Source: Ginglymostoma cirratum (taxonomy: Eukaryota). Taken from it: 64,000 nucleotides of DNA. Positions 37,701 through 52,700 of the stretch are shown one piece after another (position 1 is the first letter of the stretch; the number at the start of each line of letters is the position of its first letter). The notes under the pieces were generated by a model. That model did no database searches and was not told where the DNA came from. It worked only from the letters and a program-made list of their open reading frames with translations. The position numbers and the translations under genes are program-made. Where the stretch lies: NCBI GenBank assembly GCA_024137785.1, contig JAHRHZ010000032.1, positions 10,343,106 through 10,407,105 on the forward strand, read 5' to 3'.

Positions 37701-40700
37701 ATAAATTACTTTGGAAAGAAAAAGATGAATATTTAACGGTATGGAGAGCGAACTTCCCATTAGCCATCCAATCATCTGTCCATCCCAATATGCTACATCC
37801 TATACCATGAGCTTTAATTTTCTGTAATAACTTTGATGTGGTACTTTATCAAATAGATTCTGCAAATCTAAGTACAGGACATCTGCTGGAACTCTGGTCA
37901 TAGCATATTTTACATCCTCAAAGAATTCCAATAAATTAGTCCAACACTATTTCCCTTTCACTAAAACACGTGGACCCTGTCTGATTACCTTGAGCTCGTC
38001 AAAGTGCCCTGTTTTAGTGCCTAATGTTTTCCCGATGACAGATGTTAAACCAACTGGCCTGTAGTTTCTTGCATTCTGTCTCCAGCCCTTTTTGAATAAA
38101 GCAGTTTATTCTGCTCTCTTTCAACCTAATATCATGAATTAAGGGAGTTTTAGAAAAGTAAAAACACAATTAATCAACTCCTCACTGGTACTACTTTTAA
38201 TATGAAGCCCGTTAGGACCCAGGCACTTGTCAGCTGCAGCTCTGACAATTTAGTGAGTTCTGCTTCTCTGGTGATGATTTTTCTAAGTTGTTTCCCAATT
38301 TCTTGTGGCTTTTGGGATGTTACTTGTATCCTTTGCAATGAAGATTGATACGAAATACCTGTTCAATTAATGTTTTTTTCCCATTAATAAATCTTCATTC
38401 TGACTTTCTGTCGGACCAGCAGTAACTTTATTACCTCTTCTTTTTTGAATATTTATAAAAACTCTCAGTCTGTTTTTCTACATTTCTTCTGGCTAGCTTT
38501 CTCTCATGCACTAATTATCCCATCTTCATTAATATTTGTATCGTTCTTTGTGTTTTTTAATAGTCTGTCCAATCTTCTGACTTGCCACCTGTCTGCTCAA
38601 TCGTATGATTTTCCTGTTATGTTTAATACTATCTTTGGATGGATATGTCTCTTGGGATTTTTATTATTTATCTGAATATATTTATTCCACATGTTCTGAA
38701 ATATCCACTTAAATGTCTGCCTCAGCACCTCCATTAAACTATCACTTAACCTAATTCACCAAATCACTGTAGTCAGCTTTCCTTTGTGATCTCATGATTC
38801 CCCTTATTTAAATTTGCAAAAATAGGCCACTACTTTTTCCCTCAAATTGAATCTAAAGGCTCTTGTGTTGCAGTGGTAGTGTCCCCACCTCTGAGGCAGG
38901 AGGCCTGTGTTCAAGTCGCACCTGGCTTCAGAGGTGTGCAATAACATTACCAAGCTGGTTGATCAGAAAATATCCCAAATTGAATGTAAAATTAATAATG
39001 GTGTGGTCACTGCTACCTAAGGCTGCCTTTACTATGAAATCATTATTACTGCTACCTCACTGCACAATACCATGTCTAGTATAGTCTACTCTCTGGTTGG
39101 CTCCAGAGCATGCAGTTTGAAGAAGCTGCCCTGAAAACATTCTATGATCTCCTCATCTAGACTACTTTTGCTCATCTGACTTTTCCAGATGATATGTAGA
39201 TTAAAACAGCACTCCCCTAAGTGATATCTTACCTTTATCATTCCCCATCTCAACTCAAACTAATTCCATATCCTGGTTTCCTGAACTTAAGTCATCCCTT
39301 TCTATTGTGCAAATGCCACCATTACCTAACAGAACCTTCAATTTCCCAAGCTTCCTGTCCATGCTAAATGCTCATCTTCCCTGTTATGCTCATATACACA
39401 TTTTATTCAAATTATTCTTTAAATTCTAAGTTGCTTTTTGCAATTCCTTTGCATCTTCTAGTTTGGGTTGATCTGCAAACGTGATTCCTTCACATTGAGT
39501 TATCTAATCTGGCATTTGTCAGCTGCTGTTTATTGAAATGTTCTTTGGATGCAAAAGATCTTTGACCTCTGTGATCAAGAGAATAAGATGGCCTAGCAGC
39601 AGGCTTTGTTACCTTGGCAGCCTTGACATCAGCAGGGGTGGTAGAAGGCTATCGATGTGCTGTAAACAACATTTTTGGCCTGGCTCCTAGTGGTACTACT
39701 TAACACTGTCTCCATATGTCTGTGTGACAACAGACTCAATAACAGCAGTGAAATGCATCAGATTTTGTGCTAACCACAGCATCTTATTGTTACGGCCTTT
39801 GTCATTATAGGCTGTGTTGCAAATGGCCCTGGTGTTGCTTAATAATGCACTGCAAAGTTCCTATCACTCGCAATGTAAACAACAAGAACATGTGTTTTCT
39901 GAAGATTCTAACAATAGCTTTTCTTTGCTGAAGGCTGCCAGGAAAACTGCCTAATGAATTTATCATTTTTTCACACTCTCTGTAATCAATATTTTCTAAG
40001 CAACCCACTTGAAAATTGGATCTTTATCCTCCAATGGCTAAAAAAAGCCATGAGCCAACCTTCTGATGAGATGATTCCTGGTCCTCGGCACATCATCCAG
40101 AGCAAACTCCTCAAACTCTCTGTCATTTACAACCCTCACTTATTACACTTACTTATCCTGCTACTTTGCAGTATTTGAATAAAGGATGCAATTTGATGTG
40201 AGTTGGGTCTTTGGCCCATGCTCAGCTTCCAGCTCTAAAGCAGGACATGAATAGGAACAAGTGCACCAATGATATATTCATGACAGTTTTATGAAATGTA
40301 GCTAAATATGTTGTGTTCACTTTGTCAATGGAATTCATATTTTAGGGAGTAATGACTGAGTAACTGAACAGAAGGAAACAAATTAAAGATAACTAACAGT
40401 TATGAGTTTCTTGTTTTCTCTCCTATCTTGATCATCTCTGGTTTTAAAGAATCTCCCCTCAAATACAGTAAAAATAATTAGGTTTAGAAGTTTTCCATTC
40501 ATACATGTATTCTTCTCTTGTTACACTCAGTCACCTCCTGATAAATCAGCGACTTTAATGGCATGAAATTCTACTATGGTGGTATCCATAGGTTTTGACG
40601 TATTAGATATGTACATCATACAGGAACTTTACACAGAGTAGTTGTCAGGAGATGGAGTTGTTGAAAATGTTAATGAAGGTGTTCTTGGGCAAGAGCAGTG

Positions 40701-43700
40701 TTATGACTGGTACATGAGTATAATGAAGAGTGGGTTAAGGCTGGAAAAATATTGTAAGATGATTTGGGTGGAATGGAGCTTTTAATCCATTTATACTTAA
40801 TATACCTGATGTTTAATGAGGTTACAGTAAGGTACCCAATCTTTGAGCCATACTGAGGATATTAAACTTCTGGCATTGAAGCCATGACAATGTGCTAAAA
40901 TAGTTGTTACCTGCCATGAACTATGAGTAACCAAACCCAACCTGCATCCTGTCTTCAGTTCATCAGTGTGAAAAAATCCTCTTCCACAAATGCCAAAGCA
41001 AGGGCGCTACTATCACCACTTACCAATATGATTCTATGCTTTATGAAGCTAATTCCACCCTCCATTCCAAAATGCAAAATTTTCCAATCCCTAATAATGA
41101 TTGACCATTCTATGTTAAGGCATTGGAACCAACATTATTGGCAATTTTAGAATTAATCAAGTTGGCGTTTGCAAATAATGCTGCTGATCTGTTTATATCT
41201 GCAGTGCTGAAATATGCAAAAATCAATCCTATTCTTTTTTCTATTTTTTGTCTCTTATTGTAAACCTATATGAAATGTCCATTAATTCTGGAACACTTTA
41301 TTCTGTGCCTGGCCACTGAGTGTATCAGATCCACAGAAGGATTAAAAAAACTAAAAATTTAGTGAATATTCATGTTGCAAAAAGGCAATATCTACAAACT
41401 ATTTATAAGATTGTGAAAATCATTAAATTTCAAGAACCTATCGCTAAAAATTGTTAACTATTTTTAGGTTTATCTACACCACCAGCATCTCCAAGGAAAA
41501 GAACAATTTCATCTGGCATGACAAGCAGCAACTGGCAAGTACAGCGAAAGACAAGCACACCAGCATCACGATCATCAAATAAGCGGCAAAGAAACAAGGA
41601 AAGCCGCAAGCGTGGTGTCTCGTGTTCTGGAGAGGAAGAGGACCTTCTACATTCACCAGTTTCACCAAAGTATTCAAGCACCGAACGGGAGAAACCTTCA
41701 GGAAAGCGCCAATGTAAAACAAAACACCTAATGCGTCAGGATAGAAGACGGTCATCACTGACAGCAGATGACTCAACTGATGTTGAGAGCTCAGAAGAAA
41801 AGGTATAAGCTTAATTTATTTGTATTTTCACGCAGGATCTGACAGGTCACAGACACAAGCCCATAGGAAGATAGTTCCTGTAACAAATTTGTATCATCCT
41901 TGGGTATAGATGAAGAATCATAAAAGCAAAAGCAAAATATTGCTAAAATTCAAAATAAAAACTGGAAATACATAAGGCAGGTGACATCTGTAAAGGAAAA
42001 CAGTTAATGATTCAGGTCAGTGATCTTCCATTAGAACTGAAGGATGGTAAAAATGTAAGATTTTTGAAGCTAGTATAGAGGGAGACAGGAAAGGAAAAGC
42101 CATAACATCAGTAATAGTTTGGATCACAGATGTTCTTCCTGCCCCCTCTTCTCCTCTTAAAACCTCTTACATTTCTATATTCCTTCTATTGTAATGAAGT
42201 GTCATTGAACTGAAAAATGTTTATCTCCACAAGCCCTGTCTGACCTGAGTATTTCTGGTGTCTTTTGTTTTTATAATAAGAATATATTTGTTACTTACAT
42301 AGGTGGTGGCAGAGTGTACATGAATACTATCAGTAATTTGAAAGTAATTAATCAAATATTAGTTAAACTTCATATGACCAGATTCATCTGCTGGTATAAT
42401 TTGAAATTATGCAAATTGGTGTTGTGCTGAACCATCCAGACCTCTCAAGTTTTGATTCGGTCCCTGATCTTTCCTGTCGGTGGTGGCACCAGTTTGGCCA
42501 GTACTGTTAACAAGTACATAGCCCAGGAAGTGGAATAAGCAGCTAAGGTTCCTCCTCCTAAATTCTGCCCAGTGATCCCAGCTCAGAGATATTTTTTGAC
42601 ATCAGTTGAAGCTAAGATTGAACTCTCTGATGCTGCCAGCAGTTGAATGCTTTAACAAAACTTATTAAAGAATGGCACAGTGGATTGCTGCTCCTGGAGC
42701 TGCACTCCAGAATAATTGTCACCTCCTGGAAGAGGAATAATGAACAAATGTAAAATAGATATGGTAATTCCTAAGCTACAAAATATTAGCAGATAAATGC
42801 AGTGTACTATTCTAACCTGAATGTCAACCTATGATCTATTTACTGGCCTATAATTTCTGTAGGGATTTCCTTTAGTTGTAGAAAATGCTCAATGATTATA
42901 AACAATGGTAATTTTAGACTGGTGTGTTTTGTCCCATTAAAAATGATTGTTTAAGAACTGTTGCATTTATTGTGGAAATGCTTTTCTGTTCACTGACATT
43001 TTTAATCATGTTTCTGTGTTGCAATACATACCTTTGCATGTTCAAACCATTACACTATTGTAAAAGCATAATTTTTTAACATTGAATTATTTCCGCTAGA
43101 CTCTACAGAATTCCACTCTAAACAAAGCTGCCATTGAAGGTTAGGGTGTATTGGAGGCCCTCAGTTTTTCTCCCTTGTTCCCTAAATCACAGTTTACCAA
43201 CTGCTGGGAATGGAGACAGGAAAATTTTAGTCAATCAGTGCAGGTGCACAAGAATTTTTTTGGCACTATAGGTTTCTTCACAACATTGTTGTTCTTGCCA
43301 TCAAAATAGTGGTGCACAGAAGTACTAAATCCTTTCTTCTAGGAATAGTGTGTGTTTAAAAGAACTTTTTTGCTTGTATAATTACATATCTATCAGAGCT
43401 AGGACTGGTCTCTTGAAAAGAAAAGCTTCCATTACCTGATCACTTATTACATGTCATAGAAAGGTCAGTATATCTGCTATACCCTGAGTCCTTTGGATGT
43501 TTTCTTACATGTGCTTAAAAGATCCAATAACTATAACAGCCTGCCTGAAACAACTACAGCCACCCCTTTATTGTCTTTATTGTGATGAAAAGGAGCTTGT
43601 TATTTCATTGGGGAGATTATCTTTTAAAAAACCCTTCTTTATCCCAATGAATCCAGCATGTGGTTCTCAGATAAACCTTAATCCTTCATTAACTCACTTT

Positions 43701-46700
43701 CATCTGAATGTAACACTTCAATTTAACTTTATATCCTCATGAAGTAATAGTTAAAAGTTTTGGATAAGTGAAGTGTTTCACCATGTAGTGCAGTAGTGAA
43801 TTGCACAAATGCAAAAATGCAAATTTAATCCTTAGGCTATGATATGTTAAGCTGTTTTTGTCATGATGACTGTATGTGTGCTACCTTGACATCTTCATGT
43901 AGGGAACAAGAGATTTCCCATTCTTTATCACTAAATTAGACACTCTAAAAATGTTTGCTAGTGTAGAGTTCACAGGAGTGCAATCAGAAACATAGAAACA
44001 TAGAAGATAGGAGGAGGAGGAGGCTATTCGGCCCTTTGAGTCTGCTCTGCCATTCGTCACGATCATGGCTGAACGTCCAACTCAATATCCTAATCCTGCT
44101 TTCTCCCCATAACCTTTGATCCCATTCGCCCCAAGTGCCATATCTACTCACCTCCTGAATGCATTCAGTGTTTTGGCATCAACTACTTCCTGTGGTAATG
44201 AATTCCACAGGCTCACCACTCTTTGAGTGAAGAAATGTCTCCTTATCTCTATCCTAAATCGTCTACCCTAAATCCTCATACTGTGACCCTGGTTCTGGAC
44301 ACACCCACCATCAGGAGCATCCTCCCTGCATCTACCGTGTCCAGTCCTGTCAGAATTTTATAAGTCTGTATGAGATCCCCCCTCTTTCGTCAGCTTGATG
44401 AACTAGCCTTGGTGACAAACCAGGGAGACTTTAGTGGTCTTGGAACCATGCATGCTTTTGGGCTCAGTTAGGTGATAATCAGAAGGAGAGAAAATGCACT
44501 GTTGTGTTCAACATTTCTTCACTGAAGTGTTCAATATTAATTATTTTCTTTCAACAAATCTCATACACCCATCAGATATTAAATTAGCTTGGCAGAGCTA
44601 ATTTAAAAATCAAAAATCAAAATACTAAATTTTATTTCACATCTTTTCTTAAGATTGTGCACAATTACATTAAAAACTGGATAAAAATATTGTTGTGTCA
44701 TAAATTTTGGAATTGTTTCATTTGACATCCGGTGGAAGTTACACGTGGATGGAAACAATTATTGGTAATTACACACTTAAGTTTCCTGGTTCTTTGTTTT
44801 CTTGGTTAGCAATTCTGTACACACATCTGTGAGGTTTGTTTGGTTAATGTGGAACAGAACTTGCTGTGGATCCAATTACAAGACATGCACCACTTCCGAT
44901 ATCTGTCGTATGAGAGGGTTAAAATGGGGACAAACTGATCATCGTTTTAAATTATTTTCAGGAAAGAGGGGCTACATTTGTGAAATACCCAAACACAGGA
45001 AAACCTAGTATAGTCTGGAGAAATGTCCTCAGTGGTATTGGCATTCAGATACAGAACATGTCTTTCTGTATAATATGGAAGTACTACCGCCTATTTTGCT
45101 ACCTGGTTCTCTCCCTCATTATCACTTTAGAATTTGTTTTTGACATTGCAGAATGCAAAAAATAACATTTTACCGAGTTTGTTACTAGAGGGAAGATGAG
45201 GCATGTATAACTGGGACAGATTTTCAGAAGAGTGGTTATCTCACCCAGATTGACACTCCGTCCCATTTTTAACCAAAGGAAAGAGCTCTGCGTTTCTGAC
45301 TGGAGATTCCAATCAGGACTCCTTCAGAAATGCAGAGCCATATTTTATTTTCAAGACTTCTTTTGTAGTGCTGAAGTGTAGCTCCTTTACAAATAGTCAG
45401 CAGCTGTTTTCTGGAATTTAAAGATCCAGAATTAGATATTGTACAATTAGGGTGCTGGGATTAGGATACTGGGAGGGTAGGGTAGTAGGTGCCAGGTGAG
45501 TATGGTCCCAGCTGGGTAAGGGATAAGGTGCCAGATGGGTAGGTTGCCAATCTGCAAGGTGACACAGGGGGGTTGCAGGTAAGTGATACCATTGTTCTGG
45601 ATAGGTTGGGATTGGTGGGAGAAATTGGCCAGGTGGGATAAGTTGAGCCAGGTTCTGTGGATAGAAGGGTGCAGGGTTGCAGGAGTAGATTTTGTCTGGA
45701 GCAGGGGAATGTAGAGTGGAGCTCAAATGCAACATAACTCATGCTATAACTAGATGTACCATTGGTATCTTGAAGTAGTACACTGCATGACTGGATTAAC
45801 TAGTCCTACAGTATGGCACCCAGGTTTTCATGAATAATTGTTTGCTGCATGCTCCAGAACTTTGCCACAAAATAAGACCGCAGCATGGACAAAGCAACCC
45901 GCTGGTTTGACACCACACCCGCAGATATTCACTCCTGGCACCACCAATGCCAAGTGACAGCGGTGTGTATCATCTATGAGATGCACTTTGGAAATTCTAA
46001 ACATCAAAACACATGGCCAGTTCCATCCGGAAAGACAAGAGCAACAGTTACAACTTATGGGAAGGTGATGGCCTAGTGGTATTATCACTGTACTGTTAAT
46101 CCAGAGACCCAGATAGTGTTCTGGGGACATGGGTTTGAATCCTGCCACGGCAGTTGGTGGCATTTGATTTCAATAAATAACTGGAATTAAGTGTCTAATG
46201 ATGACAGTGAATCCATTGTCAACTGTTGGGGGAAAGAAGCATCCGGTTCACTAATGTCCTTTAGAGAAGGAAACCTCCATCCTTACCTGGTCTGGCCTAC
46301 ATGTGACTCCAGACCCACAGCAATGTGGTTGACTTTAACTGTCCTCTGAATAATAAATGCTGCCTGCCCAGTGACACCCTCATGCAGTGAATGAATAAAA
46401 GGAAACACCACAACTGCAAGTTCCCCTCCAAGATGCTGACTGGCCAGACTTTTATTGCCACTTCTCACAGTCAGTGGATCAAAATCCTTGAACTTCCTCC
46501 CTAACAGCATTGTGGATGCATGCAGATATTATCATGTACCAAATGGACTGCAAATGTTTAAGGTAGCAACTTACCACCACCACCACCTTCTCGAGGACAA
46601 CTAGAGATGGGTTGGCCCAGCCAGCAACACTGACATGCCGTGTATCAATAAATAAAATTAATGTAGAGACCAGAATGACTGAAGCATAGTAGATTTGGAG

Positions 46701-49700
46701 GATGGAAATACTAATGAGGAATTAGTAGCATTACAGCAATGCAGCAAAAAATGTCATGCACTGGCTATTAAGGTTAGATTCCTTCCAAGGTGTGCCACAG
46801 CAATCTCATTTCTTAAACTGCGTTTAGCAAATATCTGCCCAAACATCTTGAGGTACATTTTCATTTCTTCTGATGCCATATTTATCGCCTAATACTGGAA
46901 TCCTGTTGTAACCAAAGATGTAAAAGTAATTTGTCGTGTTTGGATCAGTTGCACCTCATTTCCTCTATTACATACTGTATGAATGTTTGCAGCCTGAGTT
47001 AGCATTGAAGCTGTCCATTAACGGTTGTATTTTGATTCAGGTATGTGACAGCAAATCTCACACTTCCCTAAAGAGATTTTCCTGTGAGAATAGTGAACAT
47101 ATTGACTGAAAGCACTGATAGTCTGCAAGGGTTGTAGTAACTTGAGACACCTTTGACCTGTGTATTGAGTGCTCTGCACATAAATCTACTACAATTAGGA
47201 CTGTTTGCCATGTGGCAACTGTGGTTTTTGCCTGCTTTAGGTTATCTCTGGCCATATATAGTCATATAGTTAGGGTAAGCACTGTCCTTCAAATTATGCA
47301 TTTGACTTCTGGAGTACTTGCAGAAGAATATGCAATTCTTGGTCTGTGAAATGAGCTATCCACATCCAATGGCAAATAAATCTTAACCAGTTTTTTTTGT
47401 CAGCTTTGCTGTTAAGCTATTTCAGGTACCTGAACACCTCCAGAGTGCAGTTAACAGCTGGTGTAAGGAAATAATGCAGCCACTTTTCCATTGGGTAGTT
47501 CACAGGCTGCAATTGAGTTTACTGTAAACTGGCCGGAAAATTTAATTCTGGAAAAAGTTTCTGTATCTATGAATAATACACCAGTAATTTCTAAGCTGAT
47601 AGATATTTAATATAATTAACACCTATTTGATAATCAATTCTTGATATCAAAATTTCACTATCTATATGATTGTGTTGGGAATGTAAAAAGGAATTTGCTA
47701 AAGGTCCAATTACATTCTGTATGTCCTTTCTAGCGCATGTCTAGTTTATTCAGCACATGCCACACAGCCTTTTGAAAAGCATTTCTAGGAGATAAATTTG
47801 ATGAAAGCTTTGTCAAACTTCTATAACTTCTAAACATTTGATTTTAATTTATACAGGCACCATAATTAAAATTTATGCTACAATTCTAAACTGTCAACTT
47901 ACAATATTTTTCTTCTAGGTTCACACTCCATGATTTTACGTCTCATTTTTATGAATTGAATATTGAGGAGCGCAAAACCATTACATTTTTTAATATTCAC
48001 TGGAATAGACAAGGCTGTGTGCACATTTTTGAAATCGTCCCTTACATTTTGGCTGAATTCTAGAAATTGCAATACATAAGGAGTATAATTCCTGTGCCAG
48101 CTTTACCACTTAAGTTCAAAATATATGTTCTAATTTCAGTTTGAAGCCTTTTTAAATTCTTTCTTTTCCCATATGAAATTCTCTTTTAAATGATGCAATA
48201 CTTCAACCTCAATAGCCATTCATAGTAAAACAGTCAGATCAATGATCTTTTCCTGTAAAAACATTTCATCTGATTTTCTCATTCTTTCTTCTACTCGTTG
48301 AGCATAGCTAGACCAAGTCAGGATAATCATTAACCCATCTCATCTACATTCTCTTCAGGGGATATCATCTGCAGATAAGGAGTCAGTTTTCACTTGTATA
48401 CTGATAATACCTAGTTCTTTTGCCACCATCTTCACTGCCTTTATTTTATCAGATTGATCTCACAACAACTTTATGCACTCACTATTGACTCCATCCTCAT
48501 GTTCAGCCACTGTCTCTAAAGTTAAATTAAAATCTTTCAAACGTTGTTTTCCTATTTGATTCTGGACTCAGCTCCTGATCTCATTCTCTCTTACCACAAC
48601 AACCCCCTTCTTCCACCTTTGTAACATCACTTGTCTGCACTTCTGACTTGATCATCTGCAGAATCATCTGTTCTTCTTGCTTCCTATACACCCCCCTACA
48701 TAAAGTTCACCTTTGCTAAAACTTATGCTCATTATGCCTGTTTCCCTTCAAGAATTGCCAACCTATCACTGCTGTTTTTTTCTGACATGCATTAGTTCTT
48801 AGTTCTCCCAACACTTTCTGTTTCAGTTTCTGATCTGTGTTTTAATCCACGGTGTCCTTGTCCCTATATACCACTATAATCATCCAGTCCTAACGCTATC
48901 TGAGTCCTGAAATCTCTGTTCTTTTATGCACAACTGTCTCCCACCCCTACCCCTTTCAATTTACATTTAGGTTCCCATCCGTTCAGCTACTTCACCCCAT
49001 GCTCTGGACTCCTTCCAAAATCCTTTTGCTTCTTCATTTTTGTGATGTGAATTCTTTGACCAAATTTTTGGCTCTCTTTCTAATATCATCTGATTCTACT
49101 ACTATCATTTATTTCTGATTCTATGATTCAGCCTCTGTGAAGCAAGTCTTTCTACATTAAAAACAACGGAGGCATACAAGTTATTATTGTTTTTATGCCA
49201 TAATAGCAATAGATGCACTTCAGAATGATTTGTATTGAAAGCACCTCGGATATTTCTGAGACATAAGGCAGGGTGCAAATGTTTTATGCTGTTGCCAGAC
49301 TTATTTTGATTAAAATCCCAAGTTACATCTTGGTTTCCCAGGGTAGTGTGGGTAGGATGTTCAAGTCTTTTGAAGTTGAATCTTTTGCTGTTATTAGGAG
49401 ATCTGCTCTAGGTCAACTGCAAATGTTTATCTTGCCCACACTCATTTAGCTCCTTCAACAAAACATTCTTAGGTAACAAATCAACAACTGACAATTTAAG
49501 CACATATACATCTTGTTATTGCATCATGGGATGTGGGCAGCACTGGAAAAGGCAGTAGTACCATGTTGTGGATTCAAGTTATGGGTATGCCAGCCCAATT
49601 AGGGGTGCAAGTTCATTTGCTAAATGTTAAAGTGAGCAGGTTAGCTTTTACGATAGCCTGGTACTTTCATGGTTATGTTTTGGCACGTGTTTGCAAATTA

Positions 49701-52700
49701 CCAGATTTATTGACTGCTGCTTCACACTGGGGAGATTTCAGTAGTGATTTATGGTTTGGTAATATAACCAATATACAACAACAAATCCATTTAAAGTGTG
49801 TTGTTCGTGACCATTGCTAGGTTTGTCACCTCTCCTATGTTCAACACCTTTCAGCAGTTTTCCTCTTGCACTTCTCAAATATTTCACTTCTGGATTGAAT
49901 AATGTATCATTTTAATAGTGTGCACCAGTCCTATCAATCTCTTGCCTAAATAACAGCAATGGATGGACTTCAAAATAATTTGTATTGAAAGCAGCTCAGG
50001 ATGTTTCTGAGACATATTATAAGGCAGGATGCTAATGTAAGTTTTTGCTTTTTACTGCTGTTTAGCCAATTTAACATGATTTTTGTTAACGCTAAGCAGA
50101 GAATGTAAGTCATGTATTTGCATAGGCTCAGTTTTATCAAAGCAGTCCTCTGTGGCGTTAATTTGTTTTTGGTTGCTTATTTACAGCAAACCAGTAGCAG
50201 CAAGAATTCTAGAAAACGTCCAGCACCAACCACAGACACAGATTCTACACCAAAGAAAACATGTGAGCAGAAGTCTGCTGATCATCTGTTGCAGATTCCA
50301 TTATTCCTGCAATGCTCCCGGCCCTTGACTGTACAAGCAGTCAGCACTCCACAGGAGACAACTCCAAGTCGTCCCATGCCTCCAGAAGCACGCAGACTCA
50401 TTGTCAATAAAAACGCTGGTGAGACTTTGCTGCAAAGAGCAGCACGTCTAGGCTACGAGGTAAGTCCTGCATTCAGAAACAGATAATGAAATATTCTTTT
50501 GTTTTCAGTCATCTGTTGTAGCTGTAAAAGTGGTTGAGTTTTATTTGGGAGTGTGATAAACTTTAATTTCCATCTAGATTTATATATCATTTTGTAATTG
50601 GCACAATCAGTTGGTACACACAACATTTAAACAGTTTGTAACTGTTTACAAATTTTCCAAGCATATGTTAATTATGCATATATGTGTATCATGTTGGTGT
50701 GCAAATTTAGAACAAACATTTCACTTTATTTCACTTTAAACATTGCATTATACCACACTCAGAATCTAAACCAATATCCCATCTCCAGTATCTGAAGTAT
50801 GGAAAAGTTCTTAGTAAGATTTAAAGCGTTAAATCTTCAAGCTGCAAGGATTAGTAAGTTTTGTTTTATTTGATATTGGGTTATAAATGGTTTTTATCTT
50901 CTAAGTAGTTGGATTATGTCATTGAAGGTCACCCAATTAGCTAATTTAGTACCAGGAAATAGTAGAAGTATTTTTCTAGATTTCCATATTTCATTGTGAT
51001 TTTAAAAAAACGTTTTTTTGCTAGAACAATGTTTGGTGGCATAGGGAATTATCAAAATCATAACCTGTACCAATTATACGTATAATGTGTTTAACTTGTC
51101 ACAGATTTGGAAACCTCAGCCCTTAGTTAATGTTCTGTCTGGGTATAAAAACTTCCTTCAGGTCTGCAAGCCAATGTGACAGCCAATAAATCGGATTGGA
51201 AGAAATTGTCAGGTTATGAGCTAACCTGTGGTTGATCAAATAATAATGAAACATGTCAGTATTTTGAAGATTTTAATAAGAGTAGTGAATTTATCAGCTG
51301 GTAACAATAAAGAATGTACCTGATTGCATTGTGCTAAACTGCGTGGTGTACTATGCAATCTTTTCACTCTAATGTGGAACAGGCACTATTTTGCTGTTTA
51401 AACCATATTACCAATAATATTGTAATGAATAAATTTCCAGTGTGGAGTGTTAATTGTGAACACTATTGAAGAATCCCTACCTGTGCTGCATTCAGGAAGC
51501 TGGCAGCAAGGCTTTGCAAATTCTAGCTTTCTATCTTAAATGTATATTTTGTGAATGTTTACTGACTGACTCAATCCACCAAAATGTTGAAAATTAGGCT
51601 GAATTACCCAGATGACTAATTGTTGTTTTAACCTGGCCATCAATTAATTAAGCATATTAAATTGTACTGAGTCATATTCACCAGACAGATTTTGCTTATT
51701 CTAGACACTGGAGGCTTGATTTTTCAATCATCTGTGGGGGCAAGATCAGATGCAGGCATGCTTTGAAAATAGCATTGCTGGATGATGTGTCAGTGTCCTG
51801 ATATCTCCCAAGCATGGTGCTATTTTCACAGCAAAGGGAGTGGGATTAGGTGCCGACAACCCATTTGGCTTTAATTGGCTTGAGCTTGTTAACGGGCTGA
51901 ATGTGCAGTGCGAGGATCCATTAAGTTAATGTTTCTGCTGAGAAAGATTTTGGCAGAAAGGGTTATTCTATCAGAGCAGCTTTATATCTTCATGCTGGCC
52001 ATTTGATCACTTGTTTGCATTGGATCTGATCACCTGCCTTTTCTGTTTTTATGGCTGCTGTTTGCTTTTGAGTGTAGTACATAAAAGTCAATTCCCACCT
52101 CCTAGCGACACTCAGCTCCACTAATGAAAACTGCAGTTAAAGATCACATTGTGGGATTGGAATTCAGAAATGACCTGGGCATCAGATTCCCAATTCCAGA
52201 TTGAAAATCCAGTCCTAGATATTCCAATTTTCTCGAAGCTATTTATACACATTAGTAATATCTAAAAGTGTGTGACAACTAGCCTCAAGGTGAGGATCCC
52301 ATTATTTAAGTGTAATGTAGTTTCGACATACAGTTGTGATTTTCTGATGCGCACTAAAATTGACAATATTTTGTTGACTTTTGCTACGATCCTAGGCAGT
52401 ACTGAACTTACATGCCCAAACAAAAAGCTATCCTTCCATGACATCACTATTATTGGACATTGCAATGAACATTTCTTCTATTATCTTCTGTCCTCTGATG
52501 TTCCTTAATTCTATGCATCATCATCCTCTTCTTAGGCAGTCAATTGCAGTCAAGAATGACTTTCTTCCACTTTGGTTTGTGGGTTTTTTAGTCACTATAC
52601 AGTCCGTTTCTGGCTCTGCACATCCTGGCCTACTACAGATGTTTTTTGAAGAGGCAATTGGGTGGGATTCTCAGGTTTTTGAATGCTCCTTCCACTGTTT

